From: Tagaea sp.
Lineage (GTDB): Bacteria; Pseudomonadota; Alphaproteobacteria; CACIAM-22H2
Length of the DNA: 64,000 bases
Assembly: GCA_965279525.1 (NCBI GenBank)
Contig: CBDIIB010000002.1
Location: 128,001-192,000, forward strand
Direction: 5' to 3'
Below are positions 1-9,929 of the stretch, in pieces. Position numbers and translations under genes: made by a program. Position 1 is the stretch's first letter, and each line of letters opens with the position of its first letter. The notes beneath the pieces are model-generated. The model was not told the origin of the DNA and searched no databases. It saw only the letters and a list, made by a program, of their open reading frames with translations.

Positions 1-1494
1 CCCGATGTCACGACGCTGGTCGGCCGACGCATATTCTTCAGCCATGTCGACGGCGATGGCTGGCGCAACGTCACCGAGATCGTGCCGTGGCGGCGGACGC
101 GCAAGCTTTCCTCCGAAGTGATTCTCGACGAGGTACTGAAGCGGTTTCCCGATCTGCCCGTAACGATCGGTCCGGTCGTCGCGGACCTTCACCCCGACTG
201 GTGCGGATCGGAAGAGACCCGGTCGATCGCCCGGCAGATGTTCGCGCTCCAGCATGTCGAGGCCGGGAGCCATACCTGGACCCATCCGCTCGATTGGGGC
301 TTTTTCGACGTCCCCGACACGGCGGCAAAGGAGCGCCCGTTCCTCCGGCGCTATCCGGGCTGCAGGTCGGAGCCCTCGCGCCTGGTGGCGATCTATGAGC
401 GCATCATGCGTCGGCTGGCCGGAGCGGCCGGCGACAGCGACGACGGCACCGAGTTCGATGGGCAGTACGGGACGATCGGCAGCTACAACACGCCGCGATC
501 GTTTGCCAAGACGCCGTTCGACATCGGCTTCGAGATCGTGGATGCAGCAACCTATATCGCCACGCTGGCGCCGGCAGGCAAGACGGTGCCGATCGTCCAG
601 TGGTCCGGCAATACGTTGCCGTATGAAGCGGTCCTGCGGGCGACCCGCGTCGGGGGCCTGCGCAACATCAATGGCGGCGACACGCGCTATGACCGGGAGT
701 TCAATTCGGTTTCCTATGTTTCGCCGATCGGGCGACGTGTCGGGCAAGAGCGCCAGATCTATTCGGCGGCTTCCAACGAGAATACCTATACCGATCTCTG
801 GACGGACCGTTTCTTCGGCTACCGGGCGCTGGTCGAGACATTCGAGCGGACCGAAAGTCCGCGCCGGCTGGTTCCGATCAATCTCTACTATCACATCTAT
901 ACCGGGGAGAAGGAGCCGTCGCTCAAGGCGTTGCTCGACAACATCGAGTATGTCCGCGCACGCGACGTCGCTCCGATCTTCACTTCGCACTACGCGGCGA
1001 TCGCAGAAGGTTTCTATGACACGCGTGTCGAGAAGCTCGACATCAACGTCTGGCGGATCGGCTCGCGCGGCGCACTCCAGACCCTGCGTTTCGACCCGCC
1101 CCTTGATTCGATGGCGGTCGACTTCGTCCGGTCAAACGGCGTGCTGGGATATCGCCGGGATGCCGGCGCGCTCTACGTGGCGCTCGATCCGGCGGCAGCC
1201 GAGCCCGTCGTCGCCCTTTCGCAAAACGCCGGTCGGTCGCGGCCGTCGCTTTTCGACTCGCGCTGGCCGGTGCGCGACCTGCAGGTCGACGCGCAAGGCT
1301 TCGCGTTCGAGGCAGCCGGTTTCGGCCGTGGGACGATGCGCTGGCGTGTCGAGCCGGCGGCCCGCTACCGCATCTCGGAAGATTCGCGCGCGGGCCGCGA
1401 GGTCGCGGCCGACGCGGAGGGCATGCTTGCATTCGCGCTCGACGCGACGCCGGGTGCTGCCGTCAGCGTGCGCATCGCGGGGCCGCTGCGATGA
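1..1494 (+). CDS. pelA: PelA-like polysaccharide deacetylase/hydrolase, C-terminal part (5' end outside the window)
   Basis: Frame open from base 1: PDVTTLVGRRIFFSHVDGDGW, SHTWTHP metal-binding motif, QWSGN, NINGGD, NENTYTDLW, NLYYHIY, all typical of the PelA CE4-like domain; heads an operon with pelF and pelG. Confidence 0.85.
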   Translation, partial: PDVTTLVGRRIFFSHVDGDGWRNVTEIVPWRRTRKLSSEVILDEVLKRFPDLPVTIGPVVADLHPDWCGSEETRSIARQMFALQHVEAGSHTWTHPLDWGFFDVPDTAAKERPFLRRYPGCRSEPSRLVAIYERIMRRLAGAAGDSDDGTEFDGQYGTIGSYNTPRSFAKTPFDIGFEIVDAATYIATLAPAGKTVPIVQWSGNTLPYEAVLRATRVGGLRNINGGDTRYDREFNSVSYVSPIGRRVGQERQIYSAASNENTYTDLWTDRFFGYRALVETFERTESPRRLVPINLYYHIYTGEKEPSLKALLDNIEYVRARDVAPIFTSHYAAIAEGFYDTRVEKLDINVWRIGSRGALQTLRFDPPLDSMAVDFVRSNGVLGYRRDAGALYVALDPAAAEPVVALSQNAGRSRPSLFDSRWPVRDLQVDAQGFAFEAAGFGRGTMRWRVEPAARYRISEDSRAGREVAADAEGMLAFALDATPGAAVSVRIAGPLR

Positions 1495-4400
1495 GTGCGC
1501 TGCATGCCCGCACCGGGGGGCAACTCGCGCTGGCGGCAGCGCTCGTCGGCACCAGCCTGTTCGCAAGCCTGCTGATCGTGCCCACCGTGCGGGAACGCGC
1601 GGTCATGCATCTGCGCGACCGCGAGTTCGATCAGGCGCGTACGGCGTTCGAGCGGCGCCTCGTAGAGGCAGGCCCGTTGCTCGATACGGTCGTTCCGCTC
1701 GCGCGTCTTTACGCGCAGCGCGGCGAGCTTGATCGCGCGATCTCGATTATTTCGGACTTGATCGCGGCGGGTCGTGTCGAAGGGCACGAGGCGGCGGAAG
1801 CGCGTCGGCTGATGTCGCTCTATCTTCGATGGGCCGGGCGGGAGGCCGAGTATCGCGCCAATCTCCTCGAGATCGTCCGGCTCGAACCCACGCCGGCCGA
1901 TCTGCGCGAACTTTCAGCCCTCTACAATTTCGCGGGCGAAACCGACGCGCAGATCGGGATCCTCGAGCGACTGATCGCTTTGCCCGACGCGTCGCCGGAC
2001 GATTTCGTCGATCTGGCTGAACTCTTCGCGAGCCGTCGGGCGTTCCAGTCCGCAATCGATACGCTGGCCGCGCTCGTGGCACGCATGCCGGACAGATTTG
2101 ATTCGGCCATGCTCGATCTCTGGCTGATCGCTTCGCTGGAGGCGCGCGACAACGACGGTGCGGTGTCGCGCGCGCGCGCGCATCTGGCGCGCCGGGCGGC
2201 GCCGACGGACGTCGCGGCCGTGATCGGCGCATTTTCGGGGTATCGCCTGCCGCGCCTGGGGATCACAGCACTCGAACCGGTCACCAGCCGGATCGGGCCG
2301 GACAGTCTCACGAACCTTGCGCTGATGCGCATTGCCCTTGACGCCGAGGACGCAGCACTTGCTGCCGATCTCTTCGATCGCCAGCTCGCGCGTGGCTTGT
2401 CCGCTTACGCCCCCGTACAACTCGGCGACCTGATCGATGTCGGCCTCGTCGCCGGCCGGGTCGATGCCGCCATGGCGTTGGCTCGCTCGGTCGATCTCGC
2501 CGCGCTAACTTTTGCGCAGATCGAGTCGCTCGCCGGGCAGGCGCTTGACAGGCGCCAGACCGAGTTCCTGCGCGCCATTGCCGCGGCGGCGGGACCCGAG
2601 CGGTTGTCCGAACGCCCGCTTCTTGCCGCACGCATCTACCTTGCGATCGACGACCGTGCACGCGCGGCCGCACAGGCGCGTAGCGCGCTGGCATCCGCCA
2701 GCCTGCCGCTCGACGACGCGCTGACCCTCGTCCAGGTATTCGCGGGCGTCGAATTGCCCGGCGAGGCACTCGGCCTGCTGTCGCGCCTGGCCGACAATCC
2801 GTCCCTGCCGGAAACCGCGATCGGTGATCTGGCCCAGCTCTACCTGCTGCTGAAGCGGGCACCCGAGGGTGCTGCCATATTCGAGCGGCTTCGCCAGCAG
2901 CGCCCGAACTCGCTCGCCGTGGCGACGGGCTGGGCTCTGGTGATGGCGCAGGCCGGGCGCGGCGATGTGGTCGCGCGCTGGCTCGGATCCGGCGCGCCAG
3001 ACGCGTTGCCGGGCCCGGTCCTGACCGATCTTTTCTTCATCGGCGGAGATGCGAATTCGCCCGCACTCCAGCTCGCCGCCGCTCGCCGCCTGCGCGCTCT
3101 CGAAGGCCCCACGCCGATCGCCCGACTCCGGTTGGCGCAGGCAGCGCTTGCCGCCGGACAGGCGGGCGAGGCACTGGACGAGGCGCGCGCCCTGAGACCG
3201 TTGTTGGCCAATGACGAGGTCGAAGCACTCTACCGGACATCGCTTGCCCTTGCGGCGCGTCGGGATCCGCGCTTGCAGCCCGAGTTGCGCGGCTACTGGC
3301 GCGACCGGTTCGCGGACACGTCGCTCGTGCCGGCATCGCGCGAAGAAGCGCTCTACGCGCTGATCGACGCGCGCGCGTGGGACGAAGTGCTGCCCGAACT
3401 CGCGCGGCGCGCGCGTTCGACCCCTGCCGAATGGCTCGGTGCCTTCGTGACGGCAGCGGCGGACGCCAGGCGATTCGATCTGGCCGTTCCGGTCCTTCTC
3501 GATGTCGCGCGACGGCCGGATCTTGCCCCGGCCACGCGCAGCGAGGCGACGTTCGCGCTGATCGAGCGCACGCCGCCCGCCGTCCATCTCCCCGCACTTC
3601 GCCGTGCCGCTGCCGAACTTGGCGGCGAATGGACGGACGCGCTGGAGGCCGCCCTCGAGCGTGGCGGCCTGCGCGACGAACTCCTTGCTCTGCTGACGCG
3701 TCGTGCGGCCGACACGTCGCTCACGGCTGAAGCGCAGCGTGCCGTCGCATTCCGCCTGCTCGACCTTTCCGCGAAGCCTGCGGCCCTGGCGATCTTCCAG
3801 CGCCTTGCGGTCGGCATGCCCGCGCCATCGCCTGACGCGCAACAGGCCCTGTTCTTGATGGGGCCGCGCCCGGAGGCCGCCCAGCTGGACTGGATCGAGG
3901 CACAGGCACGCGCGGCAGCCGGCGCCATGCGCATCGACTGGGCCCGTGCACTGGTAAATGCCGGTGCCCCGCGCCGTGCCGCCAGCGTGCTCGAGGCCGA
4001 CGCGGCGGTGCCAGGCAGGATCGGTGGCCCGTCGACCCAGCTGGCGGCCGAAGCCTATCTGGCCGCCGGCACGCCCGCCGACCTGAGCGCATTCGCACGA
4101 CTCCTCGCCGCACGCATTCCGCGCGAGGGCGACCCCGCGAATGCGCGTCGGCTTGCCGAACTTGGCGCTGCCGGCAACCGCGCGGATCTCGCACGTCTGG
4201 GCTATGAACGGCTTTTCCTGCTCGATCCTGCACAGCGGGACGCGCAGCGGCAGGTCGGGTTCTTCGCGTTTGCGGACGGCGATTTCGACCGCGCGCGGGT
4301 TCTGGTCGCCCGCTATCTAGCCGGCGCAGTGCCCGGCACGCCCGCGGACTGGGAAGCCCATTACTATCTTGGCGAATCGCTCTATCGTCTGAAGGATCGG

Positions 4401-4652
4401 TCCGCCGCCCGGATCGAGCACGAGCGCGCGCTGGCGGCGATCGACGCGCTGTCGCCGGCGCCGTTCGCGGCGCGTGCTGTCCAAGCCTATCTCTACCACC
4501 GGCTCGGCCGGTCGGAGGATTCGGTGGCGCTTTACGGGCGTCTCTTGCGCGAGCAGCCGCGCAACCGCGATCTGCGCGCCGACTATGCCGGCGTGCTGCT
4601 GGAGCTTGGCCGGACGGGCCTCGCGCGCAGCGTGCTGGGGGCCGGCTCATGA
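1491..4652 (+). CDS. Long TPR/alpha-solenoid protein, PelB N-terminal-like periplasmic scaffold
   Basis: 1053 aa, N-terminal hydrophobic segment, Ala/Leu-rich helical repeats, clear TPRs (WEAHYYLGESLY, LRADYAGVLLELG); ATGA overlap with pelA; sits at the pelB position. Confidence 0.7.
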   Translation: MSALHARTGGQLALAAALVGTSLFASLLIVPTVRERAVMHLRDREFDQARTAFERRLVEAGPLLDTVVPLARLYAQRGELDRAISIISDLIAAGRVEGHEAAEARRLMSLYLRWAGREAEYRANLLEIVRLEPTPADLRELSALYNFAGETDAQIGILERLIALPDASPDDFVDLAELFASRRAFQSAIDTLAALVARMPDRFDSAMLDLWLIASLEARDNDGAVSRARAHLARRAAPTDVAAVIGAFSGYRLPRLGITALEPVTSRIGPDSLTNLALMRIALDAEDAALAADLFDRQLARGLSAYAPVQLGDLIDVGLVAGRVDAAMALARSVDLAALTFAQIESLAGQALDRRQTEFLRAIAAAAGPERLSERPLLAARIYLAIDDRARAAAQARSALASASLPLDDALTLVQVFAGVELPGEALGLLSRLADNPSLPETAIGDLAQLYLLLKRAPEGAAIFERLRQQRPNSLAVATGWALVMAQAGRGDVVARWLGSGAPDALPGPVLTDLFFIGGDANSPALQLAAARRLRALEGPTPIARLRLAQAALAAGQAGEALDEARALRPLLANDEVEALYRTSLALAARRDPRLQPELRGYWRDRFADTSLVPASREEALYALIDARAWDEVLPELARRARSTPAEWLGAFVTAAADARRFDLAVPVLLDVARRPDLAPATRSEATFALIERTPPAVHLPALRRAAAELGGEWTDALEAALERGGLRDELLALLTRRAADTSLTAEAQRAVAFRLLDLSAKPAALAIFQRLAVGMPAPSPDAQQALFLMGPRPEAAQLDWIEAQARAAAGAMRIDWARALVNAGAPRRAASVLEADAAVPGRIGGPSTQLAAEAYLAAGTPADLSAFARLLAARIPREGDPANARRLAELGAAGNRADLARLGYERLFLLDPAQRDAQRQVGFFAFADGDFDRARVLVARYLAGAVPGTPADWEAHYYLGESLYRLKDRSAARIEHERALAAIDALSPAPFAARAVQAYLYHRLGRSEDSVALYGRLLREQPRNRDLRADYAGVLLELGRTGLARSVLGAGS

Positions 4653-6238
4653 TCGCCGGCATGCGCCGTTTCGCCCTCGCGGCACTGCTGTGGCCGGCCG
4701 CCTGCCTCGCGCAGGCCGAAGGCCCGGTCCGCCTCGACATGACATGGAGCGTCGACGGCCCGCTCGCGAACGTCCGCCTCGTGCCATCGCGCGAGCTGGA
4801 GGTCAGGTTCGAGACGGGCGGGCGCGAAGCGATCCTTCGTTTCGCGCGCCCGATCGCGCCCGTCGACACCGGCGTTCTCGTACGCGAACTGCCGCGGTTC
4901 ATCGAGAACGTGGATGCCGGCTTCGATTCCCTCCTGTTCGTGGGCACGCAAGGCAGCGTCGTCGCAGCACGGCGCGAATCCGGCGGCATCGTCGTCGTAT
5001 TCCGCCTTTCCGAGACCGCACCGGTCGCCGAAGCCGAGGATACGGACGCGATCGTTACCGAGCGCGGCGAGCGCCGGCTCGAGCGGCTGCGGGCCTCACT
5101 CGAGGCACAGACCGGTCGCCCCGATATCGCGCGCCGCCGGCTGGCCGGCCTCGAGGCGAAGGATCCGGCCGATGTCGAGACGCTTGCCCAGTCTTCAAGC
5201 CTCGAACTCCAGATCGGCAGGACCCGGCGTGCGAACGAGCTTCTCGACCGGGCGATAGCACTAGATCCCGCAAACCCCGATCTCGCGGCAGCACGTGCGG
5301 CCCTGTCGCGCGAAACCGCCGGATTCGTGCGTGTGGAACCAGACTATCGCCGGGCAAGTTCGGGCGAAAAGCGATACATGGTTGGCACGCTTGCCGAGCT
5401 TCCGATTTCTCCGGCGTGGCGTGCGACCGCGGCCTTCGATCAGGCCTTCGTCGACAGTCCTTCCGTCCGCCGTCCCGACGGGATTTCCGACCGCTTCAAG
5501 GGATCCCGCCAGCGGGGAGCTTTCGGCCTGCAGCACGAGGCCGAGAACGGCACGCGGTCGCACGCCCAGCTTTTCGCCAATTCCCGGACAGCGGGCATCG
5601 GGTTCACGCGCGACTATGCCTTCGACCGCGCGCGGGTTGCGGCCGGCATCGAACTCGCGCGGCCCTATTGGGATTTCACCGAAAGCATGGTCGCGGACGG
5701 AACGCGCGACCGTGCCTTCGTCCAGTATTCCCAACCTTGGCTATTCGGCATGTCCGCGCGTGCCCGGTTCGCCGGCAACCGGTACGGCATGCCGGGCTTG
5801 GCCGACGGAGCCCGCTCGATGACGTTCGACGGCGAGATCCGTCTGCCGCTCGATGGCTTCATGCGCGGCGGTGCGCTCTCCTATGTGCTGGACGGCGAGT
5901 ATCCGTGGCGCATCGCGTCCCGCGCCGATCCCGCCAGCACCGGCTCGGAGTTCCGGCCGGTCCCGCTGCGTTATCGCGAAGTCCACGCCCTCCTGGCCGG
6001 TTATGCGATCGACTGGCGGCGCGACTTCGAGGGCAATCTGCCGATTGTCGCCGATCTGTCGGCAGGCCCAGCCTACGACCGATACGGCCGCCGCGGCGGG
6101 CCGCTCCTCGGATTAGGGATTTCATGGCTCGATGACGGCGCTTTCAGCGGCGGCCTTCGTGCGGGCTATGGCCGGGGCGTGGGCCGCGACGCCAACGAAT
6201 TCTCGACCTTCGGGGGCTTCGCGCAGTGGCGGATGTGA
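4649..6238 (+). CDS. Exported protein with a short TPR region and a probable outer-membrane beta-barrel (PelB porin-like)
   Basis: Signal peptide MRRFALAALLWPAACLA-QA; TPR-like RANELLDRAIALDPANPDL; alternating aromatic/Gly beta-strand pattern; ends FGGFAQWRM; ATGA overlap with the upstream gene. Confidence 0.6.
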   Translation: MIAGMRRFALAALLWPAACLAQAEGPVRLDMTWSVDGPLANVRLVPSRELEVRFETGGREAILRFARPIAPVDTGVLVRELPRFIENVDAGFDSLLFVGTQGSVVAARRESGGIVVVFRLSETAPVAEAEDTDAIVTERGERRLERLRASLEAQTGRPDIARRRLAGLEAKDPADVETLAQSSSLELQIGRTRRANELLDRAIALDPANPDLAAARAALSRETAGFVRVEPDYRRASSGEKRYMVGTLAELPISPAWRATAAFDQAFVDSPSVRRPDGISDRFKGSRQRGAFGLQHEAENGTRSHAQLFANSRTAGIGFTRDYAFDRARVAAGIELARPYWDFTESMVADGTRDRAFVQYSQPWLFGMSARARFAGNRYGMPGLADGARSMTFDGEIRLPLDGFMRGGALSYVLDGEYPWRIASRADPASTGSEFRPVPLRYREVHALLAGYAIDWRRDFEGNLPIVADLSAGPAYDRYGRRGGPLLGLGISWLDDGAFSGGLRAGYGRGVGRDANEFSTFGGFAQWRM

Positions 6239-7266
6239 AACCCACCGCCGCCCCCCGACGGCGCGCCGCCGACAGGATTGCAGTGCCGAAGGTCGGCGCT
6301 GCGCCGGTCCTCCTGGGCGTGCGCCGCGCGGCAATCGTCGAGATAGCCGCTTTCCTGATCGTCGTGTTGGCTGTCGATTTCGTCTTTCTCGCGTTCGACC
6401 GGTACGCAGGACTCTCGCCGCATCCGTTCTGGATCATCGTGCTTCTCTGTGCCGTGCAGTACGGGACGACCGAGGGGCTTGTCGCGGCCGCGGCCGCGAG
6501 TGCGGCACTGCTGGTGGGGAATCTCCCGCCTCAGCGGTTCGACGAGGATCTCTACCAGTGGCTACTTGCGGCCACCCTGCAGCCGCTCCTGTGGGCGGTC
6601 GCGGCGGTCGTCTTCGGCGAGTTGCAGGGGCGCGTGCGGCGTGAGCGCAACCTGCTGCGTGAGGAAGTCCTCCAGTCGCGCAAACGCGAAGAGGTGATCG
6701 CGGCCGCCTATCGCAAGCTCGACGCACGGCGCGAGAACCTCGAAGCGCGCGTGGCCGGGCAGCTGCGGACCGTCTTCGCGATCTATAATGCGGCCAAAGG
6801 CATCGAGCGGATGGCGACCGAGGACGTCCAGGCTGGCGTGTCGGAGTTGGTCCTCACCGTGATGAGTCCGCGGCGCTTCTCGCTGTTCCTGCTTGCCGGC
6901 GATTCGCTCGATCTGGTGATGAGCGAAGGCTGGGCGGATTCCGAGACCGTCTATGCCCGCGCTTTCGATGGCCAATCGCGGCTGTTCCAGGCGGTCGTCG
7001 GATCGCACCGCACGCTCGTGGCGGCCGTGGCCGACGACGAGCGCATCCTCGCCGGCGAAGGCCTGCTGGCGGGGCCGCTGCTCAACGTCGATTCGGGCGA
7101 GGTGATCGGCATGCTGAAGATAGAGGAAATGGGGTTCCTCGATCTTTCCGTGACGTCGATCGAGAATTTCCGGCTGCTGTGCGAGTGGATCGGCACGGCC
7201 TATGCCCAGGCGCGCCGGTTCGAGTCCGCAATGCAGGACATCGGCCCGGCCGGAGCGGCGCCGTGA
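6235..7266 (+). CDS. pelD: PelD-like inner-membrane protein (4 TM + coiled coil + GAF), no GGDEF-like domain
   Basis: PHPFWIIVLLCAVQYGTTEG membrane motif, coiled linker, GAF-like C-terminus (GPLLNVDSGEVIGMLKIEEMGF); GTG overlapping the upstream TGA (alternative start 6226). Confidence 0.7.
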   Translation: MKPTAAPRRRAADRIAVPKVGAAPVLLGVRRAAIVEIAAFLIVVLAVDFVFLAFDRYAGLSPHPFWIIVLLCAVQYGTTEGLVAAAAASAALLVGNLPPQRFDEDLYQWLLAATLQPLLWAVAAVVFGELQGRVRRERNLLREEVLQSRKREEVIAAAYRKLDARRENLEARVAGQLRTVFAIYNAAKGIERMATEDVQAGVSELVLTVMSPRRFSLFLLAGDSLDLVMSEGWADSETVYARAFDGQSRLFQAVVGSHRTLVAAVADDERILAGEGLLAGPLLNVDSGEVIGMLKIEEMGFLDLSVTSIENFRLLCEWIGTAYAQARRFESAMQDIGPAGAAP

Positions 7267-8384
7267 GCGGTTCGCATCCTGACGACAGGCGAGGGGGCCG
7301 GCGCGACCGCGAGCATGCCGCCATGCTCGCCAAACTGGCGGACGTGGCTGGATCGGTCCCGATCGTCGAGACTTTTCTGTATGGCAGCATCGTGGCCGCA
7401 GCGACCGGCTACACATGGTTCGCGGCGGCCGGGAACACGATCGGATTGAGCCACGTCATCGCGATCCATGCCGGCATCGCGGCCATCGGGCTCATGTGGA
7501 TCCGGACCGTCGCCCAGCGCGCGCGCGACTTGCGACTGCCGTGGCTTGCGGTCGGTGCTTCGACGATGGCCGGCCCGTTCGGCGCCGCGGGCAGCGTGCT
7601 GTGCGCCCTGCTCTATGCCTGGTTCCGTGGAAGCACGACGAGCTTCGAAGAGTGGTACGCGGCCCTGTTCCCCGAGCAGCAGGTCGAGGGCGCGCGCACG
7701 CTTTTCCAGGAGATCGTCTCGGACGCGCGCGACGATGAAGCCGCGTCCCGGTCGGTCGCGTCGTTCACCGACATTCTCGCATTCGGAACTTTCAGCCAGA
7801 AGCAGGCGCTGCTGGCGCTGATCGCCACCTATTTCCGTCCAGGATTCGCACCTGCACTGAAGAACGCCCTGGGGCATCCCGAAGCGGCCATCCGGGTACA
7901 GGCGGCGACCGCCGTGGCGCAGATCGAGCAGCGGTTCCTTCGCCGCTCGCTCGATCTGGAGAACGAACTCGCGCGCCGACCGCACGACCTGCCGCTGGTT
8001 TTTGCCGCCGCGCGACATTACGACGACTATGCCTTCACCGGTCTGCTCGACAACGACCGGCAAGCCGAAAACCAGCGCCGTGCGCTCAATCTCTACAACC
8101 AGGCGCTCGAACTCGCGCCGGAAGACGGGCGACTTGAACTCGGAATGGGGCGGCTTCTGGTGCGCATGGGGGAATACCGGACCGCTGCCGACCTCCTCGC
8201 GAAGGCGGCCAACGGCGGACGGCTGAAGCCCGCGGGTGCGGTCTGGTACCTGGAATGCCTGTTCCGGATCGGCGCCTTCGCGAGGCTGCGCGAGGCCGCC
8301 TTGCGCATCGTCCCTCTGCTCGATGGCGACGAGACCGCCGATCCGCGCCTGCGCGAGGCGGCCCGGCTCTGGATTCCGGGTTGA
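7263..8384 (+). CDS. pelE: PelE-like membrane-anchored HEAT/TPR protein
   Basis: N-terminal TM helices, HEAT-like LKNALGHPEAAIRVQAATAVAQIE, YDDYAFTGLLD, C-terminal TPR; lies between the pelD- and pelF-like genes; start uncertain (7263 GTG or 7323 ATG). Confidence 0.7.
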   Translation: MSGSHPDDRRGGRRDREHAAMLAKLADVAGSVPIVETFLYGSIVAAATGYTWFAAAGNTIGLSHVIAIHAGIAAIGLMWIRTVAQRARDLRLPWLAVGASTMAGPFGAAGSVLCALLYAWFRGSTTSFEEWYAALFPEQQVEGARTLFQEIVSDARDDEAASRSVASFTDILAFGTFSQKQALLALIATYFRPGFAPALKNALGHPEAAIRVQAATAVAQIEQRFLRRSLDLENELARRPHDLPLVFAAARHYDDYAFTGLLDNDRQAENQRRALNLYNQALELAPEDGRLELGMGRLLVRMGEYRTAADLLAKAANGGRLKPAGAVWYLECLFRIGAFARLREAALRIVPLLDGDETADPRLREAARLWIPG

Positions 8385-8387
8385 CGG

Positions 8388-9929
8388 ATGGCGGATTTCG
8401 AGCCGGGCAAGGACCTCACTCGGGACGGCAATCCTGCCGACGTGTGCCTGCTGCTTGAAGGCACATATCCGTATGTGTCCGGCGGTGTCTCGACCTGGGT
8501 CAACGACCTGATCCGCGCGCAGTCGCACCTGCGGTTCCATTGCGTGGCGCTGCTCGCCGACCGCAAGGAGCGTGCGCTCAAGTATCCGATCGCGGAAAAC
8601 GTCGTCGGCCTCACGCACGTCTATCTCCAGCAGCCGGCAGCCGGGCCGTCGTCCGCCCGCGGCCTTCGCAGGCTGTTCAGGAGACTCGAGCCGACGCTGC
8701 TTTCGATCCAGAACCAGGGATCGATCGACGATCTCGGCCAGATACTGTCGATCCTTGCGCCCCGGCGCGCCGATCTCGGCGCGGAAACACTTCTCAATTC
8801 GCCCGAGGCCTGGAACACGCTCGTGCGTATGTACGAGGCGACGGTTCCCGACTGCTCGTTTCTCGACTATTTCTGGACCTGGCGTGCGCAGCTGGGCGGC
8901 TTGTTCGCCTGCCTGCTGACGCCGCTTCCCGAGGCCCGCGTCTATCACACGATCTCGACGGGTTATGCGGGCCTGATGGCCGCGCGCGGCGCCATCGAGA
9001 CGGGCCGGCCCTGCTTCGTCACCGAGCACGGAATCTACACCAACGAACGTCGCATCGAGATCACGATGGCCGACTGGCTGTCGTCCAACCGGCCGCGTGC
9101 ACTTGCCGTCGAACGCGAGCGGCGCGACCTGAAGGATCTGTGGATCGATACGTTCGTTTCGTATTCGCAGTGTCTCTATTCTGCCGCACGCTCGATCGTC
9201 ACGCTCTACGAGGGCAATCAGGCGATGCAGCGGCGCGACGGGGCGCCGCCCGAGCGGCTGCGCATCATCCCGAACGGCATCGATTACGACGCCTATTCGG
9301 CCGTACCGCGCGAGGATTCGGGGCGCGCGCCGACCGTGGCGCTCATCGGCCGGGTCGTGCCGATCAAGGACATCAAGACGTTCATCCGCGCCGTTGCAGT
9401 CGCGCACCGCGAGGTGCCGGATCTACAGGCTCTCATCCTCGGCCCCGAGGACGAGGATCCGGCATATGCGGCGGAATGCAAGGATCTCGCGCGCATGCTG
9501 AAGCTCGACGGCACGCTCAGGTTCATGGGCCGGCAGAAGCTGACCGATTGGCTCGGCAAGATCGACGCGCTGGCGCTGACGTCGGTGTCCGAGGCGCAGC
9601 CGCTGGTCATTCTCGAGGGTGGTGCCGCAGGTGTCCCGACCGTCGCGACCGATGTGGGCGCTTGCCGCGAGATGATCGAAGGCAGGTCGGGCGAACGTCC
9701 GGACCTTGGCCCGGGCGGTGAAGTCACGCCGCTTGCCGATCCGTCGACGACGGGGCGTGCACTGGCGCGCCTCCTCAAGGACAAGGCATGGCACGCGCGC
9801 TGCTCGGCTGCGATAAAGCGGCGCGTCGAACTGCTCTACAACAAGAAGACGATCGACGCCGTCTACCGGGAGCTCTACGAATCCTATCGCGATGCGCCGG
9901 CCGTTCCGACCGGCGCGAAGGCGGCCTGA
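8388..9929 (+). CDS. pelF: GT4 glycosyltransferase PelF
   Basis: DVCLLLEGTYPYVSGGVSTW, STGYAG, TEHGIYTNER, GRVVPIKDIKTFIRA, SVSEAQPLVILE are PelF signature motifs. Confidence 0.93.
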   Translation: MADFEPGKDLTRDGNPADVCLLLEGTYPYVSGGVSTWVNDLIRAQSHLRFHCVALLADRKERALKYPIAENVVGLTHVYLQQPAAGPSSARGLRRLFRRLEPTLLSIQNQGSIDDLGQILSILAPRRADLGAETLLNSPEAWNTLVRMYEATVPDCSFLDYFWTWRAQLGGLFACLLTPLPEARVYHTISTGYAGLMAARGAIETGRPCFVTEHGIYTNERRIEITMADWLSSNRPRALAVERERRDLKDLWIDTFVSYSQCLYSAARSIVTLYEGNQAMQRRDGAPPERLRIIPNGIDYDAYSAVPREDSGRAPTVALIGRVVPIKDIKTFIRAVAVAHREVPDLQALILGPEDEDPAYAAECKDLARMLKLDGTLRFMGRQKLTDWLGKIDALALTSVSEAQPLVILEGGAAGVPTVATDVGACREMIEGRSGERPDLGPGGEVTPLADPSTTGRALARLLKDKAWHARCSAAIKRRVELLYNKKTIDAVYRELYESYRDAPAVPTGAKAA

